64,000 nucleotides of DNA from Marsupella aquatica (Eukaryota > Plantae > Marchantiophyta): contig OZ316897.1 of NCBI GenBank assembly GCA_973895155.1, positions 310,001 to 374,000 of the forward strand, written 5' to 3'. Shown here one piece after another: positions 57,396 to 64,000 of this stretch (position 1 is the first letter of the stretch; each line of letters opens with the position of its first letter). The notes under the pieces were generated by a model. That model saw only the letters and a program-made list of their open reading frames with translations. It had not been told where the DNA came from and made no database searches. The position numbers and the translations under genes are program-made.

Positions 57396-59754
57396 TTTTC
57401 TGTGTGCTCTACTGTTCTGTTTGCTCTCAAACAACTCTTCGAAGGCTCTGTGATTTGATTTGAATTGCGGCAGATAACGTGGTGCCGGACAGCATCGAGT
57501 GAGCTAATCAACGAGCTTCGATGCGCTTCGAAACGGTTTCCACACCACATCTCACTGCCATGAAACTCTCCCCTCGTTCGCCTACCTACCGAGCTACTGT
57601 GCCTACCTACCTCTCCTAACGACAGAATGCTCGCGTACTTTGCAATTCGTGGCTCTGTGATTGATTCATTGATTTCTTGCAGATATCGTGACTTTGGGGA
57701 GCAAGTATAGTGTTCACTAAACGGACGCCGACTTTTTCTGATAATCATACTCACCAAACGGTAAAGATCGACATCTTTCTTCTTGTTCACCTAATGGCAG
57801 TCAGTGGACCTGGGTACCCAAGGAACTGGAATTGAGTAAGATTCAGGGAGGATCAAGGAATTGAGCACGAGCACAAACCACAGTCGCACACCGACATCGT
57901 CTGGATTCGCCACAAAAGCTTCTGCCTACCAAACAGAGGGGATGATCGTCGTTTGAAGCCACCCGCGTCACTGTGCAACTTTGCTCTAGCAATGCGCAAC
58001 GAGGCATAAAATTAACGAGTAATTTTAGTGCGTATCCCATTTCAAACATTCTCTACATTGAATTCCTTTCCAACAGAAAAGTCAGTCTCCATCATGTTGT
58101 GGATCCTCATTGTTGAAACCCTTCAAGTCAGAATCGTTACCAAATAATCCTCGTCATGTTGTCAGTCCTCATCACAATGCAAATCCTTCAAGTTAGAATC
58201 GTTGCCAAACAATCCTCACTCATGCTGTATCATATTGCAACCATGTTATAATAAATTATCAAATCGACTTGAATTGAGTATGAGTTAGTAATAGCTCATA
58301 ACCTGCAGGCCTGTAACACTCAGTTACAAATAAGGACACAAATAAGGACATAAACTGCTTTTGACGGCCAAAGACAAAATCACCAGGGGAGACCAAAATA
58401 CATACCCCATAAAGCATTTTATGTCCAAATATTCACAACCGTAATGATTGACACTCCCTATTAGTCTAATGCCTGTGACAATTGTGATTGTGCCAGTGTC
58501 TTCTTTGCAGCGGGGCTTCAGTGCCATTTCCTTCTAAGTATAAGTTGTCCTGCTTTCCCTGGCCACAAAACTCAAAGAGCAAAGCTAGCATTATTTCACA
58601 ACACCCTCACATCACACTCTGAATTGCGGATTGCATGATTTTACATTGCCCAGATAACATGAACTAGATAGCAGCACTGATGGGATGTGAGAAGTTTAGT
58701 GCTCCAACCATCTCCTGGCCCAGGGCATGAAAATATTCAAAATTCAATTTTTGTAAGAAATATTTTCTATGTTGTTAAGTTTGGTTGTCACCTTTCTTAT
58801 ATCGATATAGCAAAATAAAGCTGTCAAAAAGAGGTCAGGATTTAGCCAACAAAACTGAAATAAAGGGCTCATAGAGATCTGTATAAGTCTTACTTACAGT
58901 CAACATTAATTTGTTAACCAGTTCAAATAGAGTTGTCTTAACCTGGCTGGTAGCTTTTGAGGAGGTAGTAATCTTTCTTCATGAGCCCTATTTAACTGGC
59001 CCAATTGTTATAGTGCACCAGTAAAAGAATTCATACTAGTATTCTAGTGGTCAATCAACTCTTTCTCACAAATGCAGGTTGTGAATCCTGGTGGTTTCAA
59101 GTTGGGTCTTCTAGGGCATCTGGTGCAATACAGATCCACTATCCATAGACTTGTGTTGCATTTACAACACAATACCTAGGTAATGATTGGTAGCATTGCA
59201 AAACAACCCAAACAGCAGGCATTTTGTGCCAAAATTTGTGTTTTATTTGTGCTAGCACTGTTATGTATGCTCACTTTGTTGGAAAGGAAATATAAAGGTT
59301 ACACTTGGGAAGATGTGTAAGAATGATACTACATACAAAAGAATATGAACATTCCTGCCATTGCAAGTTCAATCAGTTGATTTTTTGGGTGGTAGTTCAT
59401 GTGTCTACCAGCAATAACATTGGTGCAGTTTTAGTACACATAACTTCTACCATAAACGATCCATACTCTCACTGATGTGCAAAACTCTACTACCATACTT
59501 AGTTCAGTACCAATCCGGTTCACACAACTTACACCTGCACAAATTATGAATTATTTTTCATTTGAAAGATCACATGAGGCCAAAAATTGTACCCCCTAAC
59601 CATTTTAAATTTAAATAACCATGTTTACACTGCAAATTAGTATTTCCACCAGGATTCTAAGAATATTCTCAAAGTCACATGACCAAATTTTTTTCTAGTT
59701 TTCACAAGGACCCAAAATTATTTTGGTTTTTAAAGTTTTAATAATTATTTTATT

Positions 59755-60095
59755 TATTGAATAAAATTGGGACCTAAGCAAAATAAGACAACATTCACAA
59801 CGGCAAGCCCATGAACATCCAATGAACAAGTAATTGACACAAAGAGATATATATGTGGTTCACCTCATATGAGGCTATGTTCACAGGAACACACAAGAGC
59901 TTTTAAACACTCTAACCCGTCAACCACACTAAGTTAGAGAACACGAGCTCTCCTAAGAATTGGCTCTCTCAACTGGCTCTGTAACAATAAGCTCAATTCC
60001 TCCTATTCAAGCCTTTTAACCAAGTCTGCGACTAAATTAAGCTAGCCTAATATGGCTGCAGTCGTAACTCTACACCTAAGAGTAAATGCCTAACA
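59755..60095. mobile_element. Degenerate solo LTR, same family as 49891-50260
   Basis: Shared ATATGTGGTTCA..TCAT..GAGG...GAACACACAAGA core and ACTCTA.ACCTAA.AGTAAAT..CTAACA end; left end TATTGAA (degenerate TGTTGAA); flanks TTATT/CCATT. Confidence 0.55.
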
Positions 60096-61798
60096 CCATT
60101 ATTGTACGTGTCCATTGGTTGCCCATGTATGCAGGAAGGCAATCCCTCCTTGTCGGGCTTTTTACTTTGATTATCTTTGGCCACTAATTAAGTATACAAA
60201 TTACTGGCCAGACACACTCCTAAACTTCAACTTTAGGTGGCTTTAGGATGATAGAGTCTAGCAGCAAACCTTCTAGTACACCATAAGTTAAAAATTGAGC
60301 CTCACACAACATTGCTCTGAAAAGTTGTTTGTTTGAACATGTTAAAGTAATATTGAACATGTAAAAATAACAAGAGAAAAAAAAATTAAAGTTGTCTCTA
60401 GGATAGACGACAATGTTTGACCTGAGGACTACGATGGACAAGCATTCATTTAACACCCAAAAAAGCCAATATTGATATAAAGAGAATGTTTTGGTTATCT
60501 GAGGAAACCCTAAACCCTAAACATTCAGCTAATGAAAATATTGAAAAAACTTGCAATAGAACTAATATAGTGCACTACAATTAATCAAATCATGACATTG
60601 GTGTGATGGCGTCTGCTCCCGATGTAAATCACGCTTTAATTTGAGCACATTGAACATATATTCTTTGGCTGGAGCAAAGTGATTGAGCGGTGGAGGGGAA
60701 GTGACTCTGCTATTGCACAGTTCCGTTGCCCTCAAGACACACAACAGTTCTCTGTAGGATCGAGGCCATTATTTACCTTTGATATTTAGTGACATATATA
60801 AGAGAAAACCCAGGCTACTGCTTCTTCTGATGAAAATGTGGAGCAACATCTGGCCTGGACAGAGACAAATGAAGCTATTGATTCCCAATTTCTGGGAAGG
60901 CTCCCAGGCTAGGTGATTCTTCGCCAAACTGAAACTCACTTGAACTCCATGTTGAATATGTGCAGATAGACCACAAAAAGCAGCAGATCCAAGGCACTCT
61001 AAGTTGAAGAACTACATATTGTTCTCCTACCCTGCGAGAAGACTAACAGCCCAATTTCCCTCATCACTAATGCCAATGATGTGTAAACAGTGTGGGGATG
61101 CTGGCCTTTCACAGGAGACATAAACCACAGCTGCACATATTGAAGCTATGGGTTATGCAAGCTCTCAATATACAAAGCACATTGAGTTGCACAATGAGTG
61201 GAGAGCACAATTAGTCAGCTCCACCTTTTACGATCAGGTGCACTATTCACTACTAACAGCAGAAACTAGTATGTGGGTCCAGCTCAATTCTTTCACGTAA
61301 ATTATATAGCCAAAGTACATTCAAAGGAGTGTTGTAAATTTGTATTAAATTTATGTGCATTAAATTAAATTTATAAGAATGACATCAAAAGCTCATCTAC
61401 AATAACAAGAGTATGCCATAAGAAAATTGATGGCTTGGATTGAGCCATTAGCTATAACTATCTGTAATACGATCTTGGGCAACTTAGTTTGAAGATTCAA
61501 TTTGTTAATATATACTAGTAAAAGAAAATTCTCATCATTATCCTAATATCATGGCAAGTGGAAACAAATACAAAAACCATAAGTGTAGAATCATCACAAA
61601 GTGTTGTGGAGAGAGAGGTTATATATATATAGACCAACTTTCATGGGAATATGAACACTCATTTCCTTGCATGATTCGATGTAGATTCTATAATAAATTA
61701 TACTTTATGATGTTATTTGTCTTATTATTTAATGTAACTTTCTATATTATGTGGATTAATAACTCTAATAAACTGAACAAAAATAGGTTGGATAGAAG

Positions 61799-62636
61799 CC
61801 CGGTTTGGACTTGTTGGACAAATAGGAGGATTTGGGACGACAAATGACATATGTCATCCCGGTCGATCCCGGTCGATCCCGGCCGGGTGACAGGGTCGGG
61901 CCGGGAGGATGTGAAGCCGGGCCGGGAGAAGGGTCGGGGGGTTGGCCGGGTTGGGCCGGGGGGGGGGGTCGGGCCGGGAGTCGGGCCGGATTGGGCCGGG
62001 AGGGGGGGGGAGAGCCGGGTTGGGCCGGGAAGGGGAGGGGGGTCGGGCCGGGAAGGGGGGGGGGAGAGCCGGGTTGGGCCGGCAAGGGGAGGGGGGTCGG
62101 GCCGGGAAGGGGGGGGGGAGAGCCGGGAAGGGGGGGGGAGAGCCGGGTTGGGCCGGGAGGGGGGGGGTCGGGCCGGGAGGGGAGGGGCGGGGCGGGAGAG
62201 CCAGGTTGGGCCGGGAGGGGGGGGTTCGGGCCGGGAAGGGGGGGGGAGAGCCGGGTTGGGCCGGGAGGGGGGGTCGGGCCGGGAGGGGAGGGGGGTCGGG
62301 CCGGGAAGGGGGGGGGGGAGAGCTGGGTTGGGCCGGGAGGGGGGGTCGGGCCGGGAAGGGGGGGGGAGAGCCGGGTTGGGCCGGGAAGGGGAGGGGGGTC
62401 GGGCCGGGCCGGGCCGGGAATAGGCAGCCGGGTCGGGCCGGGAGTGTTAGGAGGAGTCTGGGACCGGGCCGGGAGGGGTCGGGAGAGTTCGGGACCGGGC
62501 TGGGGGTGGGTCGGGAATTTTTGGTCCCGGCCGGGGAATATAAGGGAATATTGGACAAATAGACCGTTTGTAGACGGACAAGTTGTCATTTGTCGTGTCG
62601 GACAAGGACACATCTTGTCCGACAGTGAAAACCGGG
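61799..62636. mobile_element. Non-autonomous TIR element (hAT-like MITE, 838 bp) filled with a G-rich tandem array
   Basis: Ends CCCGGTTT/AAACCGGG; imperfect TIRs including ACGACAAATGACA (61837-61849) and TGTCATTTGTCGT (62584-62596); perfect 8-bp TSD GATAGAAG at 61791-61798 and 62637-62644. Confidence 0.85.
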
Positions 62637-63544
62637 GATAGAAGATTAGTGATGTTGTATTCAATGTTTGGGGGCTTGTGCAGATTGATTGGAGGTTTGA
62701 CTCATAATTCTTTTGGTGTGCCTAGGGAGGATTATAGTGAGTATTACAACATACTTCACACTAGGTGTGAGGAGAGTTTACATGAAACATTCAAGCTTGG
62801 AGGTAAACATCAAGTGCTAGAGTATTTTTGTAGGGCTCTCATCGTGTGACCAGGTAGGTTTGTATGATTGCATGTTTGTTTGATGATTACAATTTGTATG
62901 GATTTTATTAGTTGTGGAAAGGCCCAATGACCTTTGAATTCAATTCTTGAGCCCATTGACCCTTTCTTGAGATGAACATTTTCTTTTTGGTTGCTAGAGA
63001 AGCTTGGGAGAGTTTACAAATTATTTGGCAATCAATAGCAAACTCAACTTTATTACAACACTTGGAATACAGGTTTGATTTCTTTCTATTCTCTCTATAT
63101 GGTTAATACTTGTGATTGCTAATATTTTTGTGTGATAAACCAACATCAAACATTTATGCAGTTCCAAGATTTCACCTCTAGTATATTGATTTCCCGATTT
63201 ATTCGTGATAATTATTTGTGAATAAAAGAAAGTATAAAGTTCTAATTTTCAACATTTTGATATTCAGATCTAAACTTAGTGTACTGTTTGACCAGAAAAT
63301 TGGAGCTTCATATTTGACTTTTCAATGTTTTCTCAAATCTTGACAGATAAAGAAAATGTAAACACTAATACTCTATCTAAGGAGCTTTGCCACAAAGAAA
63401 AGCATAAGAAAACTTAAGCTTGAGAGTTATTTCATTTTGTTCCTTTTCCAATAGAAATAGCAGAAGCAAGATCTACATTTGATACTACTTTTAACATAGC
63501 AAGCCATTACCTTAAAAATCAAGAAGATTCCAAGTTAAGCCATC

Positions 63545-63860
63545 ATGATGCACACATTTGCAAGTGTACTTTTTGACCCCAATTGTAATTCTAAAATTAA
63601 TAAGGTTACAAGTTAAGGCATTCTGGTGCACACATCCGCAAGGGTCGGTATACTGTTTGACCCCAATTGTAACTTTGAAATTGATAAGGTTACAAGTTAA
63701 GGCATTCTGGTGCACACATCCGCACGGGTCGGTGTACTGTTTGACCCCAATTGTAACTTTAAAATTGATAAGGTTGCAAATTGAAATTCTTTAGTGAACA
63801 CATCCTTAAGGGTTGGTGTAATGTTTGACCCCAATTGTAACTTTAAAAGCATTTGATAAG
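63545..63860. repeat. 84-bp tandem repeat, ~3.5-4 copies
   Basis: TTGACCCCAATTGTAA recurs at 63573, 63657, 63741 and 63825 (period 84). Confidence 0.9.
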
Positions 63861-64000
63861 GTACAGGAAACTTTTGAAAATTCCCAACACTAAATTAATA
63901 TCATCTGAACATATTTTTTCATCACCATTTTTTCATAATTAAAAACTCAAAGACATGACCTAAATTATGAATGTGGCTTTGACTTACTCAACTTAGGTAA

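Noticed and set aside
61837-62624. Helentron/DINE-like interpretation (subterminal inverted repeat plus 3' hairpin)
   Set aside because: True terminal inverted repeats and a perfect 8-bp TSD fit a cut-and-paste TIR element better.
61765-62664. Long Pro-rich and Gly/Arg-rich ORFs (extensin- or collagen-like)
   Set aside because: Several frames on both strands are open because the sequence is a G/C-run array inside a TIR/TSD-bounded MITE.

Overview
Eukaryotic, intron-rich plant nuclear DNA. The host is most likely a non-flowering streptophyte with flagellated sperm: it has a DNAAF1/ODA7-like dynein assembly gene and CCCTAAA telomere-type repeats. Host genes are a purple acid phosphatase (partial, -), U2AF65 (-), a DNAAF1-like LRR protein (-), an ABCB27/TAP2-like half ABC transporter (-), a makorin E3 ligase (+) and a cytochrome b5 pseudogene fragment. 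The centre holds a 14.2-kb Mutator-like element (16107-30265; 514-bp TIRs, 10-bp TSD) with a convergent accessory ORF carrying an RNase H1 hybrid-binding-like domain. Nested inside its transposase is the most unusual feature, a 9.6-kb Ty3/Gypsy-type retrotransposon (18388-27952, 4-bp TSD ATGG). Its single, now decayed polyprotein reads Gag-CCHC-protease-[DNMT3-like C5 cytosine methyltransferase]-RT-RNaseH-integrase-[PHD finger]. It has split direct repeats (A...B-A-B) instead of two ordinary LTRs, an internal palindromic end-to-end junction (GACA-GC-TGTC), and a Tf1-like self-complementary primer site rather than a tRNA PBS. Also present: an 8-bp-TSD (hAT-like) MITE filled with a G-rich array, two related solo LTRs and several tandem repeats. 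Coordinates and alignments were worked out by eye; no database searches were run.
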